Of a stretch of 64,000 bases of DNA, positions 35,711 through 46,538 are shown one piece after another. Positions within the stretch are counted from its first letter, which is position 1. Each line of letters starts with the position of its first letter. The notes under the pieces were generated by a model. The model had not been told where the DNA came from and ran no database searches. It saw only the letters and a list, made by a program, of their open reading frames with translations. The position numbers and the translations under genes are program-made. Location of the stretch: positions 7,235-71,234 of the forward strand of contig JACPQF010000008.1 in the NCBI GenBank assembly GCA_016190625.1, in the 5' to 3' direction. Source of the DNA: Chloroflexota bacterium (GTDB lineage Bacteria > Chloroflexota > Dehalococcoidia > JACPQF01).

Positions 35711-36577
35711 ATGAATAACCGCAAACCAATACGAACGGCTCACCGCGGAGTTTCCCGTGCGGCGATATTAGCGGCTACCGTCGCATTCTTCGTTTCTCAG
35801 ACGGCCTGTGTCAATCTGAAACCGTCACCTGATCCCATCCCGCCAGCCTCATCTCAGCCACCCCCGTCGACGTTCCCCGTCGGCGGGGCGGAGATGATCC
35901 TGGTTCCAGCCGGAGAGTTCACTATGGGAGACGACGATCAGCACTACGACCAGAGACCCGTCCACCGGCGAACCGTCGACTCGTTCTACATCGACAGATA
36001 CGAGGTCACCAACGCCCAGTACAAGAAGTTCGTGGACGCCACTGGTCATCGCCCGCCTCACTCCGACGAAGCTTTCGCCCGGAACTACAACTGGGTCGGC
36101 GGCACCTATCCCGAAGGCAAAGCCGACTACCCCGTGGTCCTCGTCAACTGGTACGATGCCCAAGCCTACGCGAAATGGGCGGGTAAGCGCCTGCCTTCAG
36201 AGGCCGAGTGGGAGAAGGCGGACCGGGGAACCGACGCCCGCCTGTTTCCCTGGGGCAACGATCCGGATACGGCTCGGATGAACACCTGGGAGCAGGGGCC
36301 GGGACACACCATGCCGGTCGGCAGCTACCTTCAGGGCGCCAGCTTTTACGGCCTGATGGACATGGCGGGCAACGTCTGGGAGTGGGTCGACGACTGGTTC
36401 GAGCGATACCCGGGCAACGATTGGCCAAGCGACAAGTACGGTCAGAAGTACAAGGTCGCCAGGGGAAGCTCCTGGGGAAACGTCATTAAATACGCGCGCG
36501 CCGCCAACCGGCACTGGCTGGAGCCGGAAACCCTCAGCACCCTCATTGGCTTTCGCACCGCCATGAGCACAAAGTGA
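35711..36577 (+). CDS. formylglycine-generating enzyme (FGE/SUMF1) family protein, likely secreted or lipoprotein
   Basis: FGE-sulfatase domain motifs: GEFTMGDDD, RRTVDSFYIDRYEVTNAQYKKFV, RLPSEAEWEKA, GNVWEWVDDW, RGSSW. N-terminal signal with Cys (FVSQTAC). Confidence 0.85.
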   Translation: MNNRKPIRTAHRGVSRAAILAATVAFFVSQTACVNLKPSPDPIPPASSQPPPSTFPVGGAEMILVPAGEFTMGDDDQHYDQRPVHRRTVDSFYIDRYEVTNAQYKKFVDATGHRPPHSDEAFARNYNWVGGTYPEGKADYPVVLVNWYDAQAYAKWAGKRLPSEAEWEKADRGTDARLFPWGNDPDTARMNTWEQGPGHTMPVGSYLQGASFYGLMDMAGNVWEWVDDWFERYPGNDWPSDKYGQKYKVARGSSWGNVIKYARAANRHWLEPETLSTLIGFRTAMSTK

Positions 36578-36765
36578 TTGACTTGCTAACATACCTTTGT
36601 TAGACTTGAATTATCAGCGTTACAGCCCCAGCCCGCTCGTCCTTCCGCAGGAGGACCGGCGACGTGCTGGTAGACATCCCTTCTGACACTGCATCGCTTG
36701 CCTGGATGTCAAGGATTAGCGCACCGGGGACTTCGTAGTTAGATAGATGCAGCAAGGAGATTAGC

Positions 36766-39700
36766 GTGACCACAGTTCCTCTGTCCGCCCAAGAGAACAG
36801 ATTCTCTCTCGACCTCAAATACACCCAAACTGAGGGCCGGATCTATCTTAATGGCATCCATGCCCTCGTCCGTCTTCCTATGGACCAGAGTCGGGCCGAC
36901 AAGGCTCGTGGCCTCAAGACGGCTACGTTCATTTCCGGCTATCCCGGCTCGCCATTGGGTGGCCTCGACATGGAGGTGAAGCGACGGCAGAAGCTGCTGA
37001 GGGACCAAGACGTCCACTTCACTCCCGGGCTCAACGAGGATCTGGCGGCCACGGCTATTCTGGGTAGCCAGTTGATCCACCGTTACCCCGGCCCCAAGTA
37101 CGACGGCGTGCTCGGCATTTGGTTCGGCAAGGGACCCGGCGTCGATCGCTCTGGTGACGCCTTGAGGCACGGCAACATGATGGGCGTCGGCAAGAATGGC
37201 GGCGTCCTAGTATATGCCGGCGACGACCCGACCGCCAAATCCTCGACGCTTCCTAGCGACGCCACTCTCCCGCTTATCAGCGCTGGTATGCCGGTTCTAC
37301 TCCCAGGGAGCGTACAGGACATCCTCGACATGGGCCTGCACGGCTTCCTGCTGTCGCGCACGTCGGGACTTTGGGTGGTAATGAGGATCGTCACCAACGT
37401 GGCTGACGGCTCCGCCACGGCAGAGGTCTCGCCCAAACGCATCACTCCGACAATACCCAGGCTGGAGATCGACGGAAAGCCCTTCGAGCACCAGCTCAAC
37501 GTGGACTATGTGGCCACGCCGATGATCGTGGAGGTGGAGCGACTCCTCTACCGTAGCCGAATGGAGATGGCCCTATTATACGCCCGGGAGAACGGGTTGA
37601 ATCGGATTCTCCTTTCCACGCGGAACGCCTGGCTCGGCATCGTGGCCGCCGGTAAGACCTACTACGATATGCGTCAGGCGCTAGAAGAGCTTGGGCTGGG
37701 CGAAGCGGAGCTGGAGTGCTACGGCATTCGCATTCTCAAGATGGGCATGGTCTATCCTCTCGAACCTCAGATCGTGCGCGAGTTTGCCCAGGGTCTGCAG
37801 GAGATCCTCGTCGTCGAGGAGAAGCGGCCCCTGCTGGAGACGGCCATAAAGGAGGCCCTGTATTCGCTGGCCGAACGACCGAGGGTGGTGGGCAAACTGG
37901 ACGAGGAGGAAAGGCCGCTGTTGCCCAATTATGGCGAGCTCGATTCGGACCTGATCGCACGAGCCATCGCCAGACGGCTGGAGAGAAAGACGACGATACC
38001 ATCGGTTGGGGCGAGGGTCGAGTACCTGGACCAGATGGCGCAGCGAAAGCCGCAGCCGGGGACGCAACGCATTCCCTATTTCTGCTCGGGCTGCCCCCAC
38101 AACACGTCGATTCGACTGCCGGAGGGAAGCACCACTGGCGCCGGCATCGGCTGCCATACCCTGCTCGTCTTCGCGGACAAAGAAATCGCCGGCGAGCACG
38201 TCGGCCTCATGCACATGGGAGCCGAGGGCGCCCACTGGGTCGGAGTTGCCCCGTTCTCCGAGACGGCCCACGTGTTTCAGAACATCGGCGACGGCACCCT
38301 GTTCCATTCCGGCACCCTCTCCATTAGGTACGCCATCTCCGCTGGCGTCAACATCACTTACAAGATACTCTTCAACCACGTGGTGGCCATGACCGGCGGC
38401 CAGGACGCTACCGGCGGACTCTCGGTTCCCGGCCTGACTCGCCTGCTCGAAGCCGAAGGGGTAAAGAAGATCATCATCACCTGCGATGACCTCTCGACCT
38501 ATAAGGGAGTCTCCGTGGCAAAGGTCGCCGAGGTCTGGCACCGGATCAGAATACTGGAGGCGCAGGAAGTCCTCAGGTCTACCCCCGGGGTCACCGTCTT
38601 GATTCACGACCAGCAGTGCGCCCTTGAGAAGCGGCGACGTCGCAAACGCGGGCTTCAGCCCGACCCACCCGGCAGGGTCTACATCAACAGCAGGGTTTGC
38701 GAGGGATGCGGCGACTGCGGCAAGAAGTCGAACTGCCTGAGCGTGCACCCGATCGACACGGAGTTCGGCTCGAAGGTGCGCATTCATCAGTCTTCCTGCA
38801 ACAAGGATTACTCCTGCCTCCTGGGCGACTGCCCGTCGCTCCTCACCGTGGATCCGGAGCCGAGGCCCGCGGGCCAGAAGCGCCACCACCCAGTGCCGGA
38901 GGTGGACCTGCCAAAACCGGTGTTGAAGGTGCCGTCCGACCGGTTCGAGATGTACATGACGGGCATCGGCGGCACAGGAGTGGTTACCACCAATCAGATA
39001 ATGGGGACCGCGGCCCTGCTAGACGGAAAGCACATTCGCGCTCTCGACCAAACCGGACTGGCCCAGAAGGGAGGGCCGGTGGTCTCCCACCTGAAGCTGT
39101 CGACCAATGAGATGAACGCCTCCAATAACGTGTCGATGGGCAGCGCCGACCTCTTTCTTGCTTTCGATATGCTGGTTGCGACCCAGCCCAGCAGTCTCGC
39201 CAAGGCCGACCCCAAGCGCACCATCGCCGTGGTATCGACCAGCGAGATTCCCTCCGGTCGAATGGTCACGGAAAGCAGCGTCCATTTTCCGGACAAGGAC
39301 GCCAAATTGGAGAACATAAGACGAGCAACACGTCAAGGTGAGGAGTTCCATCTGGATGCCGAGGCCACCGCCGAGGCCTTCTTCGGCGACTATATGGCCG
39401 CCAACAACATCGCCCTTGGCGCTGCCTATCAGTCGGGAGCCATTCCGATCTCGCTGGAGTCCATCGAGGAGGCTATCCGGTTGAACGGCGTGGAGATCGA
39501 AATGAACCTCGCCGCCTTTCGCTGGGGAAGGTTGGCCGTGGCTGATCCGGCGCTGTTCGAGGCCGAGATTGAAAAGGCTTCGGCGAGCCCGGTGCCCCCG
39601 CGGGAGCCGAGCCCGGAGGCGAAGCAGCTCGCGGAGCCCGTGAGAGCTACCGGCGAGGTCCAAGAGCTGTTGGAACGCCGGGTCTCCGAGCTCATCGCCT

Positions 39701-40269
39701 ATCAGGACCGCGCCTACGCCGGGCAGTACGTCGACTTCGTGAAGAGAGTGCAGCAGATCGAGGAAGAAAAATGTCCGGGCCGAACGGCGATAACGGCAGC
39801 GGTGTCCCGCTACCTCTTCAAGCTCATGGCCTACAAGGACGAATACGAGGTGGCAAGGCTCATGCTCGACCCCGACTTCCAGACCGAGGTCAAGGCGAAG
39901 TTTGGCGACAAGGCCAAGGTTCACTGGCATCTCCAGCCGCCCAGCTTGAGCATCACAGGCTTGCACTCCAAATTTGCGGTGGGGCCGTGGTTCAGCCCTG
40001 GCTTCCGGATATTGCGGTCCCTGAAGCGACTGCGGGGAACGCCGTTGGATGTTTTCGGCCATAATGCCGTGCGTCGAGAGGAGCGTTCACTCATTCAGGA
40101 GTACCGCCAGATGGTCGAAACGGCGCTGGCAAGGCTGGCATCCCGGAACTACGATACGGCGGTTGCCATCGCGCGACTGCCCGATATGGTCCGCGGCTAC
40201 GAGCGAATCAAGATAGCTACCATCGGCCCATTCCGCGAGAAGGCCAAGAGCCTGCTGGAGCAACTCTAG
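36766..40269 (+). CDS. indolepyruvate/2-oxoacid:ferredoxin oxidoreductase, fused IorA-IorB type (1167 aa)
   Basis: N-terminal TPP-binding pyrimidine/PP domains, a central [4Fe-4S] motif (CEGCGDCGKKSNC...C) and a C-terminal IorB-like domain, collinear with the large fused 'indolepyruvate ferredoxin oxidoreductase family protein'. Confidence 0.85.
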   Translation: MTTVPLSAQENRFSLDLKYTQTEGRIYLNGIHALVRLPMDQSRADKARGLKTATFISGYPGSPLGGLDMEVKRRQKLLRDQDVHFTPGLNEDLAATAILGSQLIHRYPGPKYDGVLGIWFGKGPGVDRSGDALRHGNMMGVGKNGGVLVYAGDDPTAKSSTLPSDATLPLISAGMPVLLPGSVQDILDMGLHGFLLSRTSGLWVVMRIVTNVADGSATAEVSPKRITPTIPRLEIDGKPFEHQLNVDYVATPMIVEVERLLYRSRMEMALLYARENGLNRILLSTRNAWLGIVAAGKTYYDMRQALEELGLGEAELECYGIRILKMGMVYPLEPQIVREFAQGLQEILVVEEKRPLLETAIKEALYSLAERPRVVGKLDEEERPLLPNYGELDSDLIARAIARRLERKTTIPSVGARVEYLDQMAQRKPQPGTQRIPYFCSGCPHNTSIRLPEGSTTGAGIGCHTLLVFADKEIAGEHVGLMHMGAEGAHWVGVAPFSETAHVFQNIGDGTLFHSGTLSIRYAISAGVNITYKILFNHVVAMTGGQDATGGLSVPGLTRLLEAEGVKKIIITCDDLSTYKGVSVAKVAEVWHRIRILEAQEVLRSTPGVTVLIHDQQCALEKRRRRKRGLQPDPPGRVYINSRVCEGCGDCGKKSNCLSVHPIDTEFGSKVRIHQSSCNKDYSCLLGDCPSLLTVDPEPRPAGQKRHHPVPEVDLPKPVLKVPSDRFEMYMTGIGGTGVVTTNQIMGTAALLDGKHIRALDQTGLAQKGGPVVSHLKLSTNEMNASNNVSMGSADLFLAFDMLVATQPSSLAKADPKRTIAVVSTSEIPSGRMVTESSVHFPDKDAKLENIRRATRQGEEFHLDAEATAEAFFGDYMAANNIALGAAYQSGAIPISLESIEEAIRLNGVEIEMNLAAFRWGRLAVADPALFEAEIEKASASPVPPREPSPEAKQLAEPVRATGEVQELLERRVSELIAYQDRAYAGQYVDFVKRVQQIEEEKCPGRTAITAAVSRYLFKLMAYKDEYEVARLMLDPDFQTEVKAKFGDKAKVHWHLQPPSLSITGLHSKFAVGPWFSPGFRILRSLKRLRGTPLDVFGHNAVRREERSLIQEYRQMVETALARLASRNYDTAVAIARLPDMVRGYERIKIATIGPFREKAKSLLEQL

Positions 40270-40391
40270 AAAGCTGGCGGTATTACTCCTGCCACCGGAT
40301 TTTACAGTTTGTTAACCTCTGCATCATAGCTCCTTCATAGCGGAAAGTTATATTCTGAAGATGATGGAGTTAGAACGAGGAGCTGTAGGCT

Positions 40392-41909
40392 ATGGCAGGA
40401 GTATTCACCCAGCAAGGACCCCATGCCGCGGTGAGCCGCGCCCGCACCCGGACTCGAAAGCAGCGACTAGGGGCAACCCATAAGGTAGTTCTGGCGCTGG
40501 CTCTGGTCGCCAGTATTGCGGTTGGCTACGTCGGCTACGAGCGCTATTCGCCCAGCGAAGTCACGGCAGTTCAATTGACCACCACCCCGGTGCGGCGGGG
40601 AACGATAACCGCCTCCGTCAATCTCATGGGCTCGGTGGCCGCCACCTCTCAGGCGAAGCTGACTTTTGAAACCGCTGGCCGCTTGACCCAAGTCCTGGTG
40701 AAAGCTGGGGACAATTTCAAGCAAGGCGACCCCCTGGCCAAAGTCGACACCTCTGACCTCGAGCTCCAGGTGGCCCAGGCCAGTGTGACGCTCGAGCAAG
40801 CGAACTTAAAACTTGCCGATCTCAAGGCGGGCGCCAAGCCAGAAGACGTAGCCGCTGCCCAAGCGGCGATTAGGAACGCCGAGGTGGCGTTGGCCAACGC
40901 TCAGGACAATCTGGTCCTGGCAAACAAGAGCACGGCGGTTACCAAAGACATACGGGACCGACAGTACGAGCATAGTTTCTACGAGGTCAAGTACGGCGAC
41001 GTCCTGAAGCAGTTCAACGATCAACGGGCCAATCAGGAGGACGTCGATAAGGCCTGGGCAGCCTTGCTCACCGCCAAGGAACGGCTGGATAGCGCCAAGC
41101 TAACGGCAGATCTGACCATTCGCAAGTCCGAAAACGACGTCCGGCAGGCCGAAGACAATCTGAGCAAGGCTAGGTCCCAACTGGAGACCATCCAAGCCGG
41201 GACCTCGTCGGCGGACATCAAGTCGCAGGAGGTAGCGGTTCGCCTTGGCGACGCCACGCTAAAGCAGCGGCAGCTCGCTTTCCAAAAGGCCACGCTGGTT
41301 GCCCCCTTCGACGGAACCATAGACTCCATTAGCGCCAACGTAGGTGAGCAGGTATCCACCGCCAAAGAGGTCATGACCATCATCAACTTGCAAAAGTTCC
41401 GCGTGGACGCCCGGGTGGACGAGACCGACGTGAGCCGGCTGGCCGCCGGCCAGACTGCCAGCATCACAGTCGAGGCCCTGGCCGGCGAGCGATTGACAGC
41501 CAAGGTCGTCTCTATCGCCGCCAATCCAACCGTTCAGCAGGGCGTGGTCAACTACCCGGTCACTCTAGAGCTGGACCCCACCAGAGCGCCGGTCCGGCCG
41601 GGAATGACAGCTAGCATCGCCGTAGAAGCAGCCCGGCGGGAAAACGTGGTCTTGGCGCCCAATCGGGCGGTGCGCACTCAGGGCCGGAACCGCACGGTCG
41701 AGGTCATGGTGGACGGAAAGACGGAAACGCGGACGGTCAGCGTGGGAATGAGCAACGACCAGTTTACCGAGATAAGCAGCGGCCTGCAGGAAGGCGATGT
41801 GGTAGTCATCCCCTCCACGACCACTGCCACGCCACGCGTGGGTCAGGCAGGTGGCTTTGGCGGAATGCCGGGTGGTGGTGTCATGGTTCCCGGTGGGTTT
41901 GGACGATAG
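40392..41909 (+). CDS. macA: periplasmic adaptor (HlyD/membrane-fusion family, MacA-like) for a tripartite efflux system
   Basis: N-terminal TM anchor (VVLALALVASIAVGYVGY), long coiled-coil hairpin region, a beta-barrel/lipoyl motif; directly upstream of the MacB-type gene. Confidence 0.8.
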   Translation: MAGVFTQQGPHAAVSRARTRTRKQRLGATHKVVLALALVASIAVGYVGYERYSPSEVTAVQLTTTPVRRGTITASVNLMGSVAATSQAKLTFETAGRLTQVLVKAGDNFKQGDPLAKVDTSDLELQVAQASVTLEQANLKLADLKAGAKPEDVAAAQAAIRNAEVALANAQDNLVLANKSTAVTKDIRDRQYEHSFYEVKYGDVLKQFNDQRANQEDVDKAWAALLTAKERLDSAKLTADLTIRKSENDVRQAEDNLSKARSQLETIQAGTSSADIKSQEVAVRLGDATLKQRQLAFQKATLVAPFDGTIDSISANVGEQVSTAKEVMTIINLQKFRVDARVDETDVSRLAAGQTASITVEALAGERLTAKVVSIAANPTVQQGVVNYPVTLELDPTRAPVRPGMTASIAVEAARRENVVLAPNRAVRTQGRNRTVEVMVDGKTETRTVSVGMSNDQFTEISSGLQEGDVVVIPSTTTATPRVGQAGGFGGMPGGGVMVPGGFGR

Positions 41910-41918
41910 GGGGACGAG

Positions 41919-43937
41919 ATGAACGAAGAGGCGCCGCCTGTCATTCAGGTCCGCGATGTGACGAAAGTGTATTCGATGGGTAGCATTGAGGTGCCAGCCC
42001 TGCAAGGAGTGTCTCTGGAGATCGAGAAGGGCGAGATGGTGGCCATCATGGGACCATCCGGCTCCGGCAAGTCCACTCTGATGAACATCCTCGGCTGCCT
42101 CGACCAGCCGACTTCGGGAAGCTACCTTCTCAACGGCATAGAGGTCGAGGGACTCTCCGAAGAAGAGCTGGCAGAAGTGCGGAACCAGGAAATAGGCTTC
42201 GTCTTCCAGTCCTTCAACCTCCTCCACAGGACGCCGGCCGTCGAGCAGGTGGAGCTACCACTCATCTACTCCACCACCGACAATCGAAGAGAGAGGGCGC
42301 TGGCCGCTCTGGAAGAAGTCGGCCTAGCCGACCGCAGCCACCATCGCCCCACCGAGCTATCAGGGGGCGAGCAGCAGCGGGTCGCCATCGCCCGGGCCAT
42401 AGTCTCTAATCCCAGCATCATCATGGCTGACGAGCCGACCGGTAACCTCGACACGCGGAACAGCAGGGAGATCATGGCCATATTCCAGCGCCTCAACCGA
42501 AAGCACGGCATCACCATCGTCTTCGTGACCCACGAGTCCGACATCGCCGCCTATACCCAACGGATCATTCACGTTCAGGATGGCCTCATCATCAGCGACG
42601 AGCCAGTAGCAGATCCCCAGCCGGCAGGCCAAGATCTGGCAGATCCGACCGATCCGACGGATCCGTCCGATGAAGATCCCCTTTCCGCCGGCGGCCCTAG
42701 GCTCCCCGAGGGTCTGCGTGTCGCCTTGCGGGCCCTTGCCGCCAACAAACTGAGAACCGCCCTCACCACCCTCGGCATCGTGATTGGCGTAAGCGCCGTG
42801 GTAGCCTTGATGTCGATCGGCATGGGCGCTCAGGCTGCCATCACCGGGCAAATCCAAGGAATGGGCACCAATCTGCTCTTCATCAGCCCGGGCGCAGCCC
42901 GGCAGGATGGCGTGCGACAGGGCGCGGGCACCGCACCTACTTTGACCATGGAGGACGCCACCGCCATCGCCGAGGCCGCGGATGTGCCCGGGGTGGTAGC
43001 GGCAGCGCCGGAAAGCCAGATCATGGGACAGGTTGTGGCCGGATCGCAGAACGTGAGGACGCGGGTCGTCGGCACCACTTCGGACTACCAGGAAGTTCGC
43101 AACTTCAGAGCGGCCAGTGGGGACTTCATCTCCCGCCAGCAGCAGGAAGCGCGGTCCCTCGTCGCCGTGCTGGGAAGCTCGGTGGCTAAGGACCTCTTCG
43201 GCGAAATGGACCCTGTAGGCCAGAGCGTTCGCATCAACCAGGTAACCTTTCAGGTTATCGGGGTGATGGAATCAAAGGGCGCTCAGGCCATGGGCAATCA
43301 AGATGACGTCGTCTTTGTGCCCATGTCCACCCTGTTCCAGCGACTCCAGAACCAGCGGACGGCGGGGGGTAGCCGCAACGTCTCCACCATCTACGTCCAA
43401 CTGGAGAGACCGGAGGTAAAGACCTCTGTCGTGGAGCTAATCGGCCAGCTTCTGCGGGAAAGGCACCGGGTCACTCAGGACGACTTCACCGTTCGCAGCC
43501 AGGAAGATATGCTCCAGGCCCTGGGGTCCGTCACCATGACGCTCACCGTGGTTCTGGGCGCTATCGCCGGCATCTCGTTGGTGGTCGGCGGCATCGGGAT
43601 CATGAATATCATGCTGGTTTCCGTCACCGAGCGCACCAAAGAGATCGGCATTCGCAAAGCCGTGGGAGCAAAGCGACGGCACATAATCACCCAGTTCCTC
43701 ATCGAGGCGTCCACGGTAAGCATACTCGGGGGAATTGTGGGAATACTGGTCGGAGTCGGATCCTCCCGCCTTATCAGCGGCCTCAATCTCGGGGGCCAGA
43801 GCCTCCGCACTCAAGCCTCGCCGACGGTTCTGCTTCTCGCCTTCGGGGTGTCGGCGGCGGTGGGCCTCTTTTTCGGCATCTATCCGGCCAACCGGGCGGC
43901 AGGGTTAAATCCCATTGAGGCCCTACGCTACGAGTAA
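41919..43937 (+). CDS. macB: MacB-type ABC transporter, fused ATP-binding and FtsX-like permease domains
   Basis: Walker [10 protein letters not shown], signature [14 protein letters not shown] and Walker [13 protein letters not shown], then a large periplasmic domain and four TM helices. Confidence 0.88.
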   Translation: MNEEAPPVIQVRDVTKVYSMGSIEVPALQGVSLEIEKGEMVAIMGPSGSGKSTLMNILGCLDQPTSGSYLLNGIEVEGLSEEELAEVRNQEIGFVFQSFNLLHRTPAVEQVELPLIYSTTDNRRERALAALEEVGLADRSHHRPTELSGGEQQRVAIARAIVSNPSIIMADEPTGNLDTRNSREIMAIFQRLNRKHGITIVFVTHESDIAAYTQRIIHVQDGLIISDEPVADPQPAGQDLADPTDPTDPSDEDPLSAGGPRLPEGLRVALRALAANKLRTALTTLGIVIGVSAVVALMSIGMGAQAAITGQIQGMGTNLLFISPGAARQDGVRQGAGTAPTLTMEDATAIAEAADVPGVVAAAPESQIMGQVVAGSQNVRTRVVGTTSDYQEVRNFRAASGDFISRQQQEARSLVAVLGSSVAKDLFGEMDPVGQSVRINQVTFQVIGVMESKGAQAMGNQDDVVFVPMSTLFQRLQNQRTAGGSRNVSTIYVQLERPEVKTSVVELIGQLLRERHRVTQDDFTVRSQEDMLQALGSVTMTLTVVLGAIAGISLVVGGIGIMNIMLVSVTERTKEIGIRKAVGAKRRHIITQFLIEASTVSILGGIVGILVGVGSSRLISGLNLGGQSLRTQASPTVLLLAFGVSAAVGLFFGIYPANRAAGLNPIEALRYE

Positions 43938-44121
43938 CTCCTGAGAGGCGACGATCGTGGGATATCATGATTGGAAGACAAGCGGGTGCGGCTGCGTATC
44001 GATAGCCTTGCTTCTCATCGTCTTGGCGATGATTGCAGCCTGGTGGTTTATGGGGAAAGCTCTTGCCTACGTGCCGTAAGTCCGGCGGCTTCACAATGTG
44101 GTTCCGCGGTCGGGGAGTCCT

Positions 44122-45603
44122 CTAACTTGCGGCTATGGGGAGATACACGGCGAACTCCGTTCCGCCGTCGGCGCTGCTGACCTCCACTGTACCACCATGA
44201 GCTTGAACAATCTCCTGTACTATTGCCAGCCCAAGGCCGGCGCCCTCGGCCGACCTGACCCGCGATTTGTCCAGTCGGCAGAAGCGCTCGAAGATTCTCT
44301 CGAACTCTTCCTCGGCGATCAGGGAGCCGGTATTATGGATGGCTACGCGGACCGACGGCGATCGAGCCTTGCCGGTCGGGCCGTCACCAGTCGCTCCCGG
44401 GACGACGTTGCCCGTCACTGTAACTGCTCCGCCGAGGGGCGTGTACTTCAAGGCGTTGTCCACTAGGTTCATGAACACCTGTTCCAGCTTGTCGGCATCT
44501 CCTAGGATGGTAGGGAGTCTGCTTATCCTCACCTCCGTCGTGATCTCCATTTGTTGAGCCCGCGCCTCCATTCTCCGAGCGCACGACATCACTAGCGCCT
44601 GGGGATCCACCGGCATCCGCGCCATCGGTATCTGACCGGACTCGATCTTCGACAGATAGAGGAGGTCCTCTACCAGTCGCCGCATTCGCTCCGACTCCTC
44701 GTAGATAATCTGCCCGGCCAGCGCGAGTCCATCGGCATCCTTGACGGTGCCGTCCACCATCGCCTGCGAAAAGCCTTGAATCGAGGTCAACGGCGTTCTT
44801 AGCTCGTGGGACACGTTGGCGAGGAAATCCCGCAACGTCCGGTGAGAAGCTTCCACTTGCGCCGCCATGGAGTTGAATGCCTGAGCCATCCGCCCGATTT
44901 CGTCTCGACTCCTGACCGCGATCGACTGATCGTAGTTGCCCCTGGCCATCGCCTCGGACGCTCTCGTAACGGCCGAGATGGGTCGGGAAATAGAGCTAGA
45001 CAACAAGAGGCCAACCGCCACCGAAATGACCAGAGAAAGAAGAGCAGCCAGAGAGAGGTAGGGCGCCAACTCCAGCCACGCCGTGGCGACCGTCTGCTCC
45101 GGCACCACCGGAGCGATGTAATAGGCCGGCCCGCTGCTGGCGAATCGCTCGCCAGACGAAGGTACGCCTCTCACGGCGGCGATTATTAGCAGCAGGTTTT
45201 CGCCGCTCCGCTCGTCGTGGTACGCCAGCGAATAGGGACGTATTCCCCGCCGGAAAAGGTCGACGGGCAAATCGATGCGCCGACCCTCCAGCTTGTCCTG
45301 TGAATCCTCCAACACCAGCCCTTGGGGGTCCAACCGGAAGATCCGCACGCCGGATTCGTCCGCTCGCTCGCGCAGGAAGGCCCCGAGTTGATCGGGTGAA
45401 ACCCCAGACCTACCCTGCAGCTCTGCTTGAATGGACATCGACATCGCCAGATCCTGCAACTGCCTGAGCTTGAGCTTGGTCTGGTAATCGCGCAACAGAA
45501 AAACCGCTGCGCCGCTCGCCAAAAGGAGAGAAAGGAGAATGACGAGGATGAACGCGGCGATAAGCCTGAGGCGCAGGCTGGAAATCGATCCTAAGACTTT
45601 CAC
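44122..45603 (-). CDS. sensor histidine kinase (TM-HAMP-HisKA-HATPase_c)
   Basis: H-box LANVSHELRTPLTSIQGF, N/G1/G2 boxes (NLVDNALKYT, GLGLAIV). Start assigned to the GTG at 45603 (VKVLGS...), just downstream of the response-regulator stop; the six-frame ORF extends to 45915, where it would overlap the regulator gene. Confidence 0.75.
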   Translation of the reverse strand: MKVLGSISSLRLRLIAAFILVILLSLLLASGAAVFLLRDYQTKLKLRQLQDLAMSMSIQAELQGRSGVSPDQLGAFLRERADESGVRIFRLDPQGLVLEDSQDKLEGRRIDLPVDLFRRGIRPYSLAYHDERSGENLLLIIAAVRGVPSSGERFASSGPAYYIAPVVPEQTVATAWLELAPYLSLAALLSLVISVAVGLLLSSSISRPISAVTRASEAMARGNYDQSIAVRSRDEIGRMAQAFNSMAAQVEASHRTLRDFLANVSHELRTPLTSIQGFSQAMVDGTVKDADGLALAGQIIYEESERMRRLVEDLLYLSKIESGQIPMARMPVDPQALVMSCARRMEARAQQMEITTEVRISRLPTILGDADKLEQVFMNLVDNALKYTPLGGAVTVTGNVVPGATGDGPTGKARSPSVRVAIHNTGSLIAEEEFERIFERFCRLDKSRVRSAEGAGLGLAIVQEIVQAHGGTVEVSSADGGTEFAVYLPIAAS

Positions 45604-45640
45604 GAGAATCGCACCGTGGCCACCCTTGGTCTTCCCTCTC

Positions 45641-46339
45641 CTATTCGCCGGGACAAACCAGCTTGTAACCAACGCCCCAAACGGTTCTGATCTCGACATC
45701 GGCGCCGGCCAATTTGCCTCGCAGCCAGCCAACGTGGACGTCGACCGTGCGCGTATCGCCGGGGAAGTTATAACCCCACACCTGTTCGAGGAGTTTCTCC
45801 CGGGTGAAAACGGTATCGGGGCTCGCCGCAAGCGTGGCAATAATGTCGAACTCCTTGGGGCGAAGCTTGACCGGAGCGCCGTCGACGGTGACCTCTCGAG
45901 AGCTAAGGTTGACATGCAGCTTGCCTATCGAAACTGCAGTGGCCTGCTTCGCTCCTGCCTGGGTGCGCCTCAGCACTGCTTTGACGCGCACAACCAGCTC
46001 TCTAGGATTGAAGGGCTTGACCAGGTAATCGTCAGCCCCCAATTCGAGGCCGACGATCCTATCGACATCGTCGCCGCGTGCCGACACAATGATGATCGGC
46101 ACGTCCGATTCCTGGCGAATAAGCCGGCAGACCTCCCAGCCGTCGACGTTGGGCAGCATGAGGTCGAGCACGATGAGGCAGGGCCGGAGCTCCCTGGACT
46201 TCTCGATGGCCTGGAAACCATCGAAAGCGCTCTCGACCCGGTACCCTTCGCTGGTGAGATACAGCTTGGCCAGCTCCACGATGTTCTTCTCGTCGTCGAC
46301 CACTAAAATCGTCGGCTCGCTGGGGAGCGGTGCACTCAT
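45641..46339 (-). CDS. OmpR/PhoB-family response regulator (receiver + winged-helix)
   Basis: Receiver domain ILVVDDEKNIV...LDLMLPNVDGWEV and a winged-helix output (VHVGWLRGKL...IRTVWGVGYKL); start taken at Met-11 of the ORF. Confidence 0.85.
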   Translation of the reverse strand: MSAPLPSEPTILVVDDEKNIVELAKLYLTSEGYRVESAFDGFQAIEKSRELRPCLIVLDLMLPNVDGWEVCRLIRQESDVPIIIVSARGDDVDRIVGLELGADDYLVKPFNPRELVVRVKAVLRRTQAGAKQATAVSIGKLHVNLSSREVTVDGAPVKLRPKEFDIIATLAASPDTVFTREKLLEQVWGYNFPGDTRTVDVHVGWLRGKLAGADVEIRTVWGVGYKLVCPGE

Positions 46340-46406
46340 GGGGGAGATTATATCACGCCCCGCTCGCATGCACCAATTACTAACCCGTGCACGGATTACT
46401 AAATCT

Positions 46407-46460
46407 CCGTAGTGGCCGCCCTCTGTCCTTCCGCAGAAGGACGGAGGGCCACCACTACGG
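46407..46460. repeat. long imperfect hairpin built around the family B core GTCCTTCCGCAGAAGGAC (~25-bp stem)
   Basis: CCGTAGTGGCCGCCCTCTGTCCTTCC-GCAG-AAGGACGGAGGGCCACCACTACGG, lying between the response-regulator start and the next minus-strand gene end. Confidence 0.5.
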
Positions 46461-46538
46461 GCTTAGATCTTTATGCAAAGGTCAACATGTTGGGGCGCCC
46501 GGCGGTCGCCCCCACTCATTACCAGACAGGAATCGTCG

